Origin: Bacteroidota bacterium
Lineage (GTDB): Bacteria; Bacteroidota; Ignavibacteria; UBA10030; BY39
Direction of reading: 5' to 3'
Length of the DNA: 64,000 nucleotides
Assembly: GCA_030017895.1 (NCBI GenBank)
Contig: JASEGV010000002.1
Coordinates: forward strand, 25,482 to 89,481
Shown here piece by piece: positions 1-8,921 of the stretch. The notes under the pieces were generated by a model. The model had not been told where the DNA came from. It worked only from the letters and a program-made list of their open reading frames with translations, and made no database searches. The translations under genes were made by a program, and so were the position numbers. The first letter of the stretch is position 1. The number at the start of each line of letters is the position of its first letter.

Positions 1-474
1 ATCATTGATTTGTATTTTGAATCCGCCGATAAGAGTAGGATCGATTTTGAAATGTGTTCGAACTTTCTTTTTTGTGAGACCTTCTAACCGTTTCGTAACT
101 TTCTCTTTTTGTTCATTGCTGAACGCAACTACAGCGGATATATCTGCATTCACTATACCTCGCCTTTCATCTAAAAGTGATTTAAAACTATTGATGATTG
201 CCGGCACAATTGCCTCACGATTTTTAGTGGTTAACAGTAGAAGAAATTTTATAGTAATCGGATCAACTTTATTTTCGAAAAGATCCAACATTATCTTTTT
301 CTTCTTTTCGGTGTTGATGATTGGACTTTTTAAAAAAAGCTTAAAATCGTTCGAAGTATTCAACAACTTCTCGAGGGTTTCAATATCGGAGAAGAGTTTC
401 TCTACTTTATTTTCTTCTACGGCAATCTGTAAAAAAGCCGTTGCATAACGTTGTGCAGCTTTTGATTCTATCAT
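1..474 (-). CDS. atpH: F0F1 ATP synthase delta subunit (OSCP), partial. The 3' end runs off the window start.
   Basis: Absent from the ORF track because there is no stop inside the window. The reverse complement of 421-474 reads MIESKAAQRYATAFLQIAVEENKVEKLFSDIETLEKLL..., a typical delta/OSCP N-terminus. Its position after atpF matches the canonical atpB-atpE-atpF-atpH order. The plus-strand ORF 5..448 is its antisense artefact. Confidence 0.7.
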   Translation of the reverse strand, partial: MIESKAAQRYATAFLQIAVEENKVEKLFSDIETLEKLLNTSNDFKLFLKSPIINTEKKKKIMLDLFENKVDPITIKFLLLLTTKNREAIVPAIINSFKSLLDERRGIVNADISAVVAFSNEQKEKVTKRLEGLTKKKVRTHFKIDPTLIGGFKIQIND

Positions 475-477
475 AGC

Positions 478-963
478 TTAATTTTTCGGCAGTTCATCTA
501 AATATGAATCGACTACTTTCCGATGTTTTTCATCGTCGAGGGTTTCGCCAATTATTTTTTTTGCGGTGTTGATTGCCAAATCGGCAACTTCGCTTCGCAA
601 TTTGAGTAGTGCGGCTTCTTTTTCTCTCTCGATTTCCAATTTCGCCGATTCGACCATATGCCGCGCTTGATGATGTGCCTTCTCAACTATTTCAGCTTTC
701 AGTTTTTCGCCAAGTTCGTGTCCTTCTTTTAATAGCTTCGAGGCTTTAACTTCGGCGTTGGCTATGTGCTTTTTGTTTTCAGCAGCTTGATGTTCGGCAT
801 CGCGTGCAGCTTTCTCGGCTCTGTCAATCGAGCTTCGGATGTGTTCCTCTCGCTTTTCGAGAGCTGTAAGTAGCGGCTTCCATGCTAACTTCTTCAACAA
901 AAACATCAGTATCAGAAAAGTTACTATTGTCCAGATTATTAATCCGGGATTTATATCTAACAT
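478..963 (-). CDS. atpF: ATP synthase F0 subunit b
   Basis: 161 aa with an N-terminal TM helix followed by a long charged coiled coil (KAEIVEKAHHQARHMVESAKLEIEREKEAALL). It lies between atpE and atpH. Confidence 0.85.
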   Translation of the reverse strand: MLDINPGLIIWTIVTFLILMFLLKKLAWKPLLTALEKREEHIRSSIDRAEKAARDAEHQAAENKKHIANAEVKASKLLKEGHELGEKLKAEIVEKAHHQARHMVESAKLEIEREKEAALLKLRSEVADLAINTAKKIIGETLDDEKHRKVVDSYLDELPKN

Positions 964-983
964 TTTATTCTCGAAGTTTTATC

Positions 984-1211
984 TTACTTGGTAGCAAGGA
1001 TTATGCAAATTGCAAGAGCAAAAAATGTTGCACCTTCGATAAGAGCTGCAGCAATTAACATCGAGGTTCGAACTTGACCGGCGACTTCCGGTTGACGTCC
1101 GCTTGCTTCCATTGCTGCTGCTGCAAGCTTTCCGATTCCAAGTCCGGCTCCGATCACTGTTAATGCTGCGCCGATTCCGGCTGCTAAATATCCAAATGCG
1201 TTTGCTTCCAT
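984..1211 (-). CDS. atpE: ATP synthase F0 subunit c (proteolipid)
   Basis: 75 aa hairpin protein with GxGxGxG packing motifs and the conserved ion-binding Glu (LIEGATFFAL). Confidence 0.9.
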   Translation of the reverse strand: MEANAFGYLAAGIGAALTVIGAGLGIGKLAAAAMEASGRQPEVAGQVRTSMLIAAALIEGATFFALAICIILATK

Positions 1212-1251
1212 TTTATATCTCCAATTTTATTTTTTGTTAAGTGTTTATTAA

Positions 1252-2151
1252 TTAATGTGAATTTTCTTTATCAGTACTTACCTGCATCCCAAGTCCCATA
1301 AATAAGGAAGTGAGCATTGTGAAAATGTAAGCTTGCAGGAATGCTACAAATAATTCTAAAATATATATTCCAACAGCAAAAGCAATTGGAATTGGTGCAA
1401 CCCAAATTGTCTTGAATATAAATATCAATCCAATCAACGAAACTATTACAATGTGTCCGCCTGTCATATTTGCAAATAAACGGATACATAGTGCAAATGG
1501 TTTTGTGAACAGTCCGAGGATTTCAATCGGAATCATTATGGGCCAAAGTATCCAATGAACGCCCCCTGTTAAATGAGCAAGGTAATGACCGAAACCTTGT
1601 TGGCGGATGGCAGAAGCCTGTATCATCACAAATGCGATTAATGCCAGAGCGGCTGTTACACTTACGTTGCTTGTAGAAGTTGAACCGTAGGGAACGAGTC
1701 CGGTCAAGTTCATAATTAAAATGAAAAAGAATGTTGTGAGAAAATAAGGCATATAACGGACGCCCTCTTTTCCCATGTTGGGCATTACAATTTCATCGCG
1801 TATAAAAACTACAAACACTTCGATAAAATTACCAATCCCTTTTGGAATTTTTGATTTAGTATTTTTTCGTGCTGCCGCAACAGCAATGAACAAAACAATT
1901 ATTGCCGATATCCAGAGAAAGAAAACATGTTTTGTTATGGAGAAATCAATTTCAATTCCAAATAGGTTGACAGGAGGGAAGTGGGGTAGATTAATATATC
2001 CGAATGGAACTTCGAGGTAGGGCGCATCTTGTGTGTGATGAAGCAGTTCCACGAAAATATTTTCTTTATGTTCAGTGTGTGCCGCAACTGTATCAGTCAT
2101 AGCCGATATTGTGTGTTGCGAAGATTTTAATGTGTCGATTACAGAACTCAT
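1252..2151 (-). CDS. atpB: ATP synthase F0 subunit a
   Basis: 299 aa polytopic membrane protein with the conserved Arg-containing helix (FTKPFALCIRLFANMTGGH). It starts the F0 operon. Confidence 0.9.
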   Translation of the reverse strand: MSSVIDTLKSSQHTISAMTDTVAAHTEHKENIFVELLHHTQDAPYLEVPFGYINLPHFPPVNLFGIEIDFSITKHVFFLWISAIIVLFIAVAAARKNTKSKIPKGIGNFIEVFVVFIRDEIVMPNMGKEGVRYMPYFLTTFFFILIMNLTGLVPYGSTSTSNVSVTAALALIAFVMIQASAIRQQGFGHYLAHLTGGVHWILWPIMIPIEILGLFTKPFALCIRLFANMTGGHIVIVSLIGLIFIFKTIWVAPIPIAFAVGIYILELFVAFLQAYIFTMLTSLFMGLGMQVSTDKENSH

Positions 2152-2616
2152 TTACGATGTTTTTGCTCTAACTTTTTGTTCAATATAAAAAATTTCGAGG
2201 ACAAGAAAAATTACATAATAAATAAAAAGTGAAATAATAAATGCCAATACATGCAGTTTTATAATCTGAATTACGAACAACATAGCAAGCAACAGCACGA
2301 ACATACGAAATCCCATTCCACCGAGAATAGTTTTTAAAAATCTGGTCATCGATTTGTTGAAAGCATATTCGATTGAAAGATATCCGACAATAATATTTGC
2401 TGTGCTTAGTATTGCACCGACAGCTGCGGCAATTATAATTTCCGAGTTCGAATACACAGCCAGTGGATAAGAAGCTATTACTATACTAATTATTAAAATC
2501 CAAAATATTTTTTTGAAGAACGATATATCAATTTTCATTTTTATTTGATGTATTTGATTTTTTGGATTCAGCCGAAACAAACTTAAAGAAATGATAGAAT
2601 CCGGCTGAGATCCCAA
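2152..2616 (-). CDS. ATP synthase protein I-like small membrane protein (AtpI family)
   Basis: Hydrophobic four-helix protein immediately upstream of atpB. The true start is probably the internal MKIDISFF. Assigned by position and hydropathy only. Confidence 0.45.
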   Translation of the reverse strand: MGSQPDSIISLSLFRLNPKNQIHQIKMKIDISFFKKIFWILIISIVIASYPLAVYSNSEIIIAAAVGAILSTANIIVGYLSIEYAFNKSMTRFLKTILGGMGFRMFVLLLAMLFVIQIIKLHVLAFIISLFIYYVIFLVLEIFYIEQKVRAKTS

Positions 2617-2785
2617 AAAAAATTCCTACTATCATAAGCCAGGGTTGTGTCGAGAATTTATCGTCAGCCCATTTACCGACTAAAAACATAATTATAACCA
2701 TAGCTGCCATTTGAACGCCGATAGCTAAATAGGGCATTGCCTCGCGGTAAGCTTTAGCTAAGTGGTTCAAATCTTTTAAATTCAT
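2528..2785 (-). CDS. AtpZ/AtpR-like putative F0F1-ATPase accessory membrane protein
   Basis: 85 aa two-helix membrane protein at the head of the atp operon. It overlaps the downstream ORF by a few codons. Confidence 0.45.
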   Translation of the reverse strand: MNLKDLNHLAKAYREAMPYLAIGVQMAAMVIIMFLVGKWADDKFSTQPWLMIVGIFFGISAGFYHFFKFVSAESKKSNTSNKNEN

Positions 2786-2796
2786 TTTTCGAAAAA

Positions 2797-3171
2797 TTAC
2801 CCTTTTGTATCAGGTTGCAACGGGAGAGTTTTACTCCCCGACATCGTGCAGTTACCGTCGAATATTGCTCCTTCGTCGATAACGAGCTTTGCTGCTCGGA
2901 TGTCGCCGCTAACGATTGCTTTGTTTTCCAGAACTAATTTTTCCTGAACAGTGATGCTGCCTTTTATTTTTCCGCCGATTGAAATATTTTTCGCCGAAAC
3001 AGAACCTTCGATTTCGCCGGATGAGCCAACTGAAACCAATTCGCTCGCAAATAATTCACCGATTACTTTACCGTCTATGCGGATGTTTCCTCTGCTTCGC
3101 AACTTGCCTTCGATGATTGTTCCAGTTCCAATTAAGTTAAGTTCGTTCGAGATTTCACTTTTTGATGCCAA
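2797..3171 (-). CDS. Bactofilin (CcmA-like polymerising cytoskeletal protein)
   Basis: 124 aa. Repeating beta-helix pattern GxIxGxV / IxGxV (GKLRSRGNIRIDGKVIGELFASELVSVGSSGEIEGSVSAKNISIGGKIKG) is diagnostic of the bactofilin DUF583 domain. Confidence 0.8.
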   Translation of the reverse strand: MASKSEISNELNLIGTGTIIEGKLRSRGNIRIDGKVIGELFASELVSVGSSGEIEGSVSAKNISIGGKIKGSITVQEKLVLENKAIVSGDIRAAKLVIDEGAIFDGNCTMSGSKTLPLQPDTKG

Positions 3172-3195
3172 CTAATTAATCCTTCATTTTTTTAA

Positions 3196-4080
3196 TTAAT
3201 TCAATAAATAATCTTTCGGGTCGATTGCAATTTCGTCTTTCCAGATTTCGAAATGCAAATGCGGACCTGTACTTTCTTTACCTGTATTGCCTAACAATGC
3301 AATTGGTTCGCCGCGTCGCACCGTTTGGCCGGTTGTTTTCAAAAGCCGCTGGTTGTGTTTGTAAACAGTTCTGAATCCGTTTGCGTGTGCGAGGATAATC
3401 ATATTTCCATAATCGTAAGACCAGTCGGCAAAAATAATTGTTCCTGGTGCCGAAGCAAATATCGCACTTCCTTCTTTTCCGGAAATATCAATTCCTAAAT
3501 GTCCGTTTTCAAAATTAAAGTCTCTCGTTACCAAACCATCGATCGGTTTTGTAAGCGGGAGGTCGGGCATTCCGAATTCGCCTTGTGTAGAAATTCGCAG
3601 CGGGTTAAATATTTTTTCATCGGAACCGAACAACGGTGTTGTTTCCACTCTTTCGATTTCAACATCAGGCTCAGTTTTTAGATTAATTTTGGGTTCGTTC
3701 GCCGGTTCAGTATATCTTTCTACCAATATGCTATCCGAGTCGCTTATTTTTTCGCCTAAAGCTTTTCTAAGTTTTAAATTGTATTGCCGCAGAACTACGA
3801 TTTCATTAATCAAAGTATTCAGTTTCTCCTGTACCTGAATAATCTGTTTGCCGTATCTGTTCTCGATTTCGGGATCGGTTATCGGAAGAAAATGACCTAA
3901 CGGAGTATAAATTAGTAAACCGATAACGAAAACGGCTATCAATCCAATTGCCGAAACAGACATCAGGAGCAAGCTAAATTTTCCGACAGTAAAGTTCTTG
4001 GCATTTTCAGATTTATTGCCTGGAACAATTACGATAGTTAATTTTTCTTTTTTCCGCTTACGGGGTTCCTTTAATTGCAT
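3196..4080 (-). CDS. M23 family (LytM-type) metallopeptidase, membrane-anchored
   Basis: 294 aa. N-terminal TM segment followed by a coiled coil. The C-terminal LytM domain has HxxxD and HxH motifs (GHLGIDISGKEG...GPHLHFEIW). Confidence 0.85.
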   Translation of the reverse strand: MQLKEPRKRKKEKLTIVIVPGNKSENAKNFTVGKFSLLLMSVSAIGLIAVFVIGLLIYTPLGHFLPITDPEIENRYGKQIIQVQEKLNTLINEIVVLRQYNLKLRKALGEKISDSDSILVERYTEPANEPKINLKTEPDVEIERVETTPLFGSDEKIFNPLRISTQGEFGMPDLPLTKPIDGLVTRDFNFENGHLGIDISGKEGSAIFASAPGTIIFADWSYDYGNMIILAHANGFRTVYKHNQRLLKTTGQTVRRGEPIALLGNTGKESTGPHLHFEIWKDEIAIDPKDYLLN

Positions 4081-4226
4081 AAAATCGGCAAAAATATAAT
4101 TAAAAATGGGGTGAAAACAAAATTGTAATAAAATGGGTTAGTTATAAATTACCTTTCCGATTCGTCTTTCTCGCCGCTCCTCACTTACACCGTTTCTTCG
4201 CTTCACCTTCTCTAAATAATCGGTTT

Positions 4227-4823
4227 TTACTTCGAAGTATGCCTCAGCGCCTGCCTTATTAATTCCTCGACGGATAAATCTTTATTTTCTTTTAATACCT
4301 CTCGAATTGCATTTTCGGCGGTATTGCGATTGTAACCAAGCGATATAAGAGCATTCAGCGCATCGTTCCGCGTTTTAATTTGTGGAGAAGTTGCAGGGAA
4401 GGAGGGAAGTTCTATTTCAGCTTTTCCGATTTTGTCGCGGAGTTCTAATAGCAACCGTTCGGCTGTTTTTCTTCCAACACCTTGAAGCGAAGTCAACGCA
4501 GCAATGTCGCCGGTTTGTATAGCTGATTTCAATTCATCGGCAGTCATTCCTGATAGCATACCCTGTGCGATTTTGGGACCGATTCCGGAAACCGAAATTA
4601 AAAGTTTGAACATCTCCCGTTCCGATTCCGAAGAGAACCCAAATAACAGCAAAGCGTCTTCGCGGACGTGCAAATATGTAAAAACTTTTACCTGATCATT
4701 AGCCGAACTTAATTGCTCGTATGTTGTCAGCGATATGTTTAAACTATATCCAACTCCGTTTACGTCTATCACAATTTCAGTTGGAGTTTTGTAAGTTAAT
4801 TTTCCGGTTAGATATGATAACAT
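4227..4823 (-). CDS. ruvA: Holliday junction branch-migration complex subunit RuvA
   Basis: 198 aa. MLSYLTGKL...VNGVGYSL oligonucleotide-binding fold N-terminus. Contains two HhH motifs (GIGPKIAQ, GVGRKTAE). Confidence 0.9.
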   Translation of the reverse strand: MLSYLTGKLTYKTPTEIVIDVNGVGYSLNISLTTYEQLSSANDQVKVFTYLHVREDALLLFGFSSESEREMFKLLISVSGIGPKIAQGMLSGMTADELKSAIQTGDIAALTSLQGVGRKTAERLLLELRDKIGKAEIELPSFPATSPQIKTRNDALNALISLGYNRNTAENAIREVLKENKDLSVEELIRQALRHTSK

Positions 4824-5427
4824 AGCTTTTAGGTTTTATAGATTTGTTGTTGTCGATTACAAAAGCTTTCCAGTCTTTATATCTTCGAGAGTTCTGTTGA
4901 AATTGTTTTTTGGGAATAATGAGTGAATTGACTGAACGGAACGAGTGGCAGATAGCAACGGCCAGAGCATCTGTAATATCGTAATATTTTGTCCCGACTT
5001 TGTCGGGATGAAGTTTCAGAATCGATTTTACCATATATTGAACCTGTTCTTTTGAAGCGGCGCCGTTACCTACCACAGCTTTTTTAACTTCACGCGGCGA
5101 GTATTCTGATAAAGCAATTTTGTTGATAACTGCCGAAAGCATCGCCACACCGCGTGCTTGACCCAATTTCAAAGCCGACTGTGCATTCTTTCCATAAAAA
5201 GCCGTCTCAATTGCTATTTCGTCGGGCTTGTATTTTTTAATTACGCTATCTAATGTTTGAAATATAACTCCAAGCCGGATTGGTAAATCTGTTTTACTAT
5301 TATTTACAATGGCATCGCATTTAACCAGACTAAATTTTCCGTTGTTCAGTTCGATGATTCCAAAACCTGTAATCATCGAGCCGGGATCAATTCCTAAAAT
5401 TATCCGTTTATTTTTTACGGTTTTCAT
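4777..5427 (-). CDS. ruvC: Holliday junction resolvase RuvC. The ORF carries about 30 extra C-terminal codons that overlap ruvA.
   Basis: ILGIDPGSMITGFGII catalytic N-terminus and the ...DALAVAICH... signature are present. The ORF continues 47 nt into ruvA. Confidence 0.85.
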   Translation of the reverse strand: MKTVKNKRIILGIDPGSMITGFGIIELNNGKFSLVKCDAIVNNSKTDLPIRLGVIFQTLDSVIKKYKPDEIAIETAFYGKNAQSALKLGQARGVAMLSAVINKIALSEYSPREVKKAVVGNGAASKEQVQYMVKSILKLHPDKVGTKYYDITDALAVAICHSFRSVNSLIIPKKQFQQNSRRYKDWKAFVIDNNKSIKPKSYVIISNRKINLQNSN

Positions 5428-5441
5428 CGAAACCTGTTTGG

Positions 5442-6191
5442 TTAAGCTTGATAGTTAGCCAAAACCTTTTCGTCTATATCGAAATTAGGATAAACATTCT
5501 GAACATCTTCGTTTTCTTCTAAAGCGTCCATTAGTTTTAGAACTTGTTCGGCATCTTTACCTTCGACCTTTACTAAATTTTCAGGAACCAAAGAAAGTTC
5601 CGCTGATTCTATTGCGATTTTATTTGCTTCGAGAGCTTTTTTAACAGGTTCAAATGTTTCGGGAGTAGTGTTAACTTCGTAGAACTCGTCTTCCACTTTC
5701 AAATCATCGGCGCCCGCATCTAAAATAATTGCGAGTATATCGTCTTCTGTGTAATTTGATTTTGGAATTTGAATAACACCTTTGCGATGGAAGCTCCATG
5801 CAACCGAACCGGCTGTTGCTAATTTACCGTTGTTACGCTCTAACATATGGCGCAGTTCGGAAACAGTTCTGTTTTTATTATCAGTTACCGATTCGATTAT
5901 CAAAGCAACACCACCGGCACCGTATGCTTCGTAAGTAACGTCTTCGTATGAAACACCGGGGAGCTCGCCTGTACCTTTCATAATTGCGCGTTTGATATTA
6001 TCGGCGGGCATATTACTCGCCTTCGCTTTATCGACGGCTAAGCGTAACCGTGGGTTTCCGTTTGGGTCGCCGCCGCCCATCTTGGCAGCGATAGTTATTT
6101 CTTTAATAATTTGTGTAAAAATTTTTCCTCTCTTCGCATCGGTGGAAGCTTTTTTGCGTTTGATGGTTGCCCATTTTGAATGTCCTGACAT
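5442..6191 (-). CDS. yebC: YebC/PmpR family DNA-binding transcriptional regulator
   Basis: 249 aa. MSGHSKWATIKRKK start is the hallmark of the YebC family. It lies adjacent to ruvC, as is common. Confidence 0.9.
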   Translation of the reverse strand: MSGHSKWATIKRKKASTDAKRGKIFTQIIKEITIAAKMGGGDPNGNPRLRLAVDKAKASNMPADNIKRAIMKGTGELPGVSYEDVTYEAYGAGGVALIIESVTDNKNRTVSELRHMLERNNGKLATAGSVAWSFHRKGVIQIPKSNYTEDDILAIILDAGADDLKVEDEFYEVNTTPETFEPVKKALEANKIAIESAELSLVPENLVKVEGKDAEQVLKLMDALEENEDVQNVYPNFDIDEKVLANYQA

Positions 6192-6219
6192 ATCGCTATT
6201 CTCCTTTTAAAAAATAATT

Positions 6220-7944
6220 TCAGCGTAAATCTCTTATTTTAAGTTGTGGAAATGCATCGCCAGCCGGTGCGCCACCTTGCCAATCCGACTCGTTGATTGA
6301 AAATACCAGATCCATTTCCTTTGTGCTGCTTATAGATGCATTAACTTTGTCTTTCAGGTGACCGAGGTTAAAACCGATTGCATCGAAGACCAAATTGTTT
6401 TGCTTAATTTTTAATCGCAAATGATTTTTTCCAACAATTTTTAGAGGTGCGGTGGCTTGAACTTTTGAAACCAAAAATACGGGGCGCAAGTTACCTGGTC
6501 CGAATGGAGCAAATTCTTTTAATATCTTCTGGAACCGTGGCGTAATATCTGTAAGTTGAATTTCAGAATCAACCTTGATTTCAGGTTTAAGTAGTTCTTC
6601 GCTGAGTAATTCTTTAACTGTTACGTTGAAGGCAAGCTTAAATTCATCGAGCCTTTCCAACTCAACCGAAACACCTGCAGCATACTTGTGTCCGCCAAAT
6701 TGCAATATCGTATCTTCAACCCGCTTTAATGCCTGATAAATATCGAAACCAGCTATGCTTCGGGCTGAGCCTTTTGCAACTCCATCGATAGTGGTCATCA
6801 TAATTGTGGGTAAGTAATATTTTTCGACTAAACGTGAAGCAACAATACCTATCACACCCGGATGCCAATCTTCTTGATGTAAAATAATTGATAAATCGTT
6901 GTCCTCATTTACGTAATTTTCAACAAGTTGTTGGGCGTTGGCGAAAGTATCTTCGTCAATTTTTCTTCGATTTTGATTTTCTGTTTCTAAAACTTTAGCT
7001 ATTTTTAAAGCATCTTGATAGTCGTGGCTGATTAACAATTCTACAGCCCTGCCTGCATCGCCGAGACGTCCGACAGCATTGATACGTGGTGCGAGTATGA
7101 ATACAATTTGAGATGAGCTTAATTCCTCCGACTTAATTCCGGAATTATCCATAAGTGCCCTTATCCCGGGTCTCGGATTTTCATTAATTTTCTGTAGTCC
7201 CAATTTTACAATCGTACGGTTCTCGCCGACAAGCGGAACGATGTCGGCAGTTGTTGCCAACGTAACAAAGTCGATAAATGAAAAAGCAAAATCTTCCTGT
7301 CCAATTTTTTGTCCCACAGCTTGGATAAGTTTGAATCCAACTCCACAACCGCACAGCGATTTAAAAGGGTAGTTACAGTTTGGCAGCAGCGGGTCGAGAA
7401 CAGCATAAGCTTTTGGAATTTCAGCGTTTGGTTCATGGTGGTCGGCAATTATTACATCGATGCCTAATGAATTGGCATAGTCCACTTGTTCGTTGGCAGT
7501 GATTCCACAATCGATAGCGATTAACAGTGTGGCGCCGTGATTTTTTGCTAAATCTATTCCATAATTCGATATGCCATATCCTTCTTTCACACGGTCAGGA
7601 ACATGATAGTACGTATGATCATTAAATTTTTTGAAGAATAGATAGAGCATTGCAATGCCGCTGGTACCATCTACATCGTAATCGCCGTATATCATAATTT
7701 TTTCTTTTGTGTCGAGAGCAGTAAGAATTCGACTCACGGCTTTATCCATTCCACTCATCAGAAACGGATCGTGCAAGTGCTCAAATTTAGGTCTAAAATA
7801 CTGCTTTGCTGAATCGTAATCCTCAATTCCACGATTGACTAATATTTTTGCAATAACATTAGGAACATTTATATCTTTTGAAAGCTTTTCAATTTTTTCA
7901 ATTTGAGGTTCGTTCGTTAAAGTCCATCGGTATTCTCTTATCAT
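6220..7944 (-). CDS. recJ: Single-stranded-DNA-specific exonuclease RecJ
   Basis: DHH motifs (DYDVDGT, IIADHHEP) and a DHHA1 domain are present. I moved the start from 8139 to the ATG at 7944 (MIREYRWTL...). The extra N-terminal ORF segment has no RecJ homology and overlaps the RNase P RNA gene. Confidence 0.85.
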   Translation of the reverse strand: MIREYRWTLTNEPQIEKIEKLSKDINVPNVIAKILVNRGIEDYDSAKQYFRPKFEHLHDPFLMSGMDKAVSRILTALDTKEKIMIYGDYDVDGTSGIAMLYLFFKKFNDHTYYHVPDRVKEGYGISNYGIDLAKNHGATLLIAIDCGITANEQVDYANSLGIDVIIADHHEPNAEIPKAYAVLDPLLPNCNYPFKSLCGCGVGFKLIQAVGQKIGQEDFAFSFIDFVTLATTADIVPLVGENRTIVKLGLQKINENPRPGIRALMDNSGIKSEELSSSQIVFILAPRINAVGRLGDAGRAVELLISHDYQDALKIAKVLETENQNRRKIDEDTFANAQQLVENYVNEDNDLSIILHQEDWHPGVIGIVASRLVEKYYLPTIMMTTIDGVAKGSARSIAGFDIYQALKRVEDTILQFGGHKYAAGVSVELERLDEFKLAFNVTVKELLSEELLKPEIKVDSEIQLTDITPRFQKILKEFAPFGPGNLRPVFLVSKVQATAPLKIVGKNHLRLKIKQNNLVFDAIGFNLGHLKDKVNASISSTKEMDLVFSINESDWQGGAPAGDAFPQLKIRDLR

Positions 7945-7997
7945 ATATATTATGCATTCTTTAAAAGTTAAATTGGAGAAGAAGTAGAAACGACGAC

Positions 7998-8450
7998 AAA
8001 ACGTAAATCTATAAGCCGAATTTTGTTTCCCGTTACCCCGCAAGAAGCGGAGGAACGGGGCTGCAATCATTTCTCTAATGCGACTTACCCATCCTGCTTT
8101 CCCCTCCAAAGAGAGGAAGTTGAACGGACAACTCTTCATTCCGCCAAAACGGAAAAGCGGGACTTACATGGTCTTGCTCCGGATAGGGTTTGCCGTGTGG
8201 CGCCAGAAGCGCCATCCCTTTCGGGACCTCCGCCATTACTGACGAAGCGGTGAGCTCTTAACTCGCCTTTTCACCCTTACTCCATTCGGTCAATAAATTG
8301 ACGGAACGGAGCGGTATTTTTTCTGTGGCACTTTCCGTTGCAGTAACCTTTCGGCTACAGCACCCTCGTTTTCACAAGGTGTCCTGTCCTGCGGAGTTCG
8401 GACTTTCCTCTCCGCAACAAGTTGCGGAGCGATTGCACGATTTACGTTCG
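7998..8450 (-). ncRNA. rnpB: RNase P RNA (bacterial type A)
   Basis: The reverse complement contains P4 5' strand AGGAAAGTCCGAACTCCG and conserved region II AAGGGTGAAAAGG...TTAAGAGCTCACC. It also has GGCAAACCCTATCCGGAGCAAG (compare E. coli GGUAAACUCCACCCGGAGCAAG) and the P4 3' strand ACAAAATTCGGCTTA. P1 is formed by 5' CGTAAATC pairing with 3' GATTTACG. The region has elevated GC and no credible ORF. End coordinates are good to about +/-10 nt. Confidence 0.85.
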
Positions 8451-8498
8451 TCGTCCTACTCTACTATCTACCAATCCGCCAAAGGCGGATTATGTTAA

Positions 8499-8921
8499 TT
8501 AAATTTTTATAGGTTGCTTGCTGTCAATTCCAGCATTAGCAAGAAGGTCAGCATCGCGGTTTAGTTCACGCTTAATATGTTTTATCTCGCACTTAAATCC
8601 GCCTTTGGCGGATCGTAAAACGCACTGCACGCGTTCAAATATCTCTTTTATACCTTCATTCCTAACTCGATATTGCCTGTTCATCTGTCGGACTAATAGT
8701 TCGCTGTCCGAATGGATTGTAATCTTGGTACAATTTAAATCTTTCGCTTTTTTCAGGCATGCGATCAAAGCAGTGTATTCGGCAATATTATTTGTTGCCT
8801 TGCCAATATATCCATTAATCGAAGCAAGTGTATTGCCTGCTTCGTCTATCAATAAAACGCCGATACCACTTTCGCCCGGGTTACCACGCGAGGCTCCGTC
8901 GATGAAGGCATTAATTTTCAT
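8499..8921 (-). CDS. rnhA: RNase H (RNase HI-like, COG0328)
   Basis: 140 aa. DGASRGNPG...AEYTALIACL...HSDSELLVRQM...NRDADLLAN carries the DEDD-type RNase H catalytic residues. Confidence 0.75.
   Translation of the reverse strand: MKINAFIDGASRGNPGESGIGVLLIDEAGNTLASINGYIGKATNNIAEYTALIACLKKAKDLNCTKITIHSDSELLVRQMNRQYRVRNEGIKEIFERVQCVLRSAKGGFKCEIKHIKRELNRDADLLANAGIDSKQPIKI

Noticed and set aside
5-448. 147-aa plus-strand ORF at the window start
   Set aside because: It is antisense to the partial atpH, whose minus-strand translation gives a canonical delta/OSCP N-terminus. The plus-strand product is low-complexity with no homology signal.
1271-2020. Short ORFs nested in or antisense to atpB (1271..1489 minus, 1775..2020 plus)
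   Set aside because: They lie fully within the strongly supported atpB coding sequence and their products are low-complexity.
7945-8139. N-terminal 65 codons of the 639-aa recJ ORF
   Set aside because: There is no RecJ homology and the segment overlaps rnpB. RecJ homology begins at the internal ATG at 7944.
8326-8344. Sigma-54 promoter-like TGGCAC-N6-TTGCA on the plus strand
   Set aside because: The spacing is off by one from the GG-N10-GC consensus. It lies antisense inside rnpB with no downstream gene.
8023-8498. Two plus-strand ORFs (76 and 66 aa) in GC-rich DNA
   Set aside because: They lie entirely within the RNase P RNA gene on the opposite strand. The GC-rich structured RNA produces open frames by chance.
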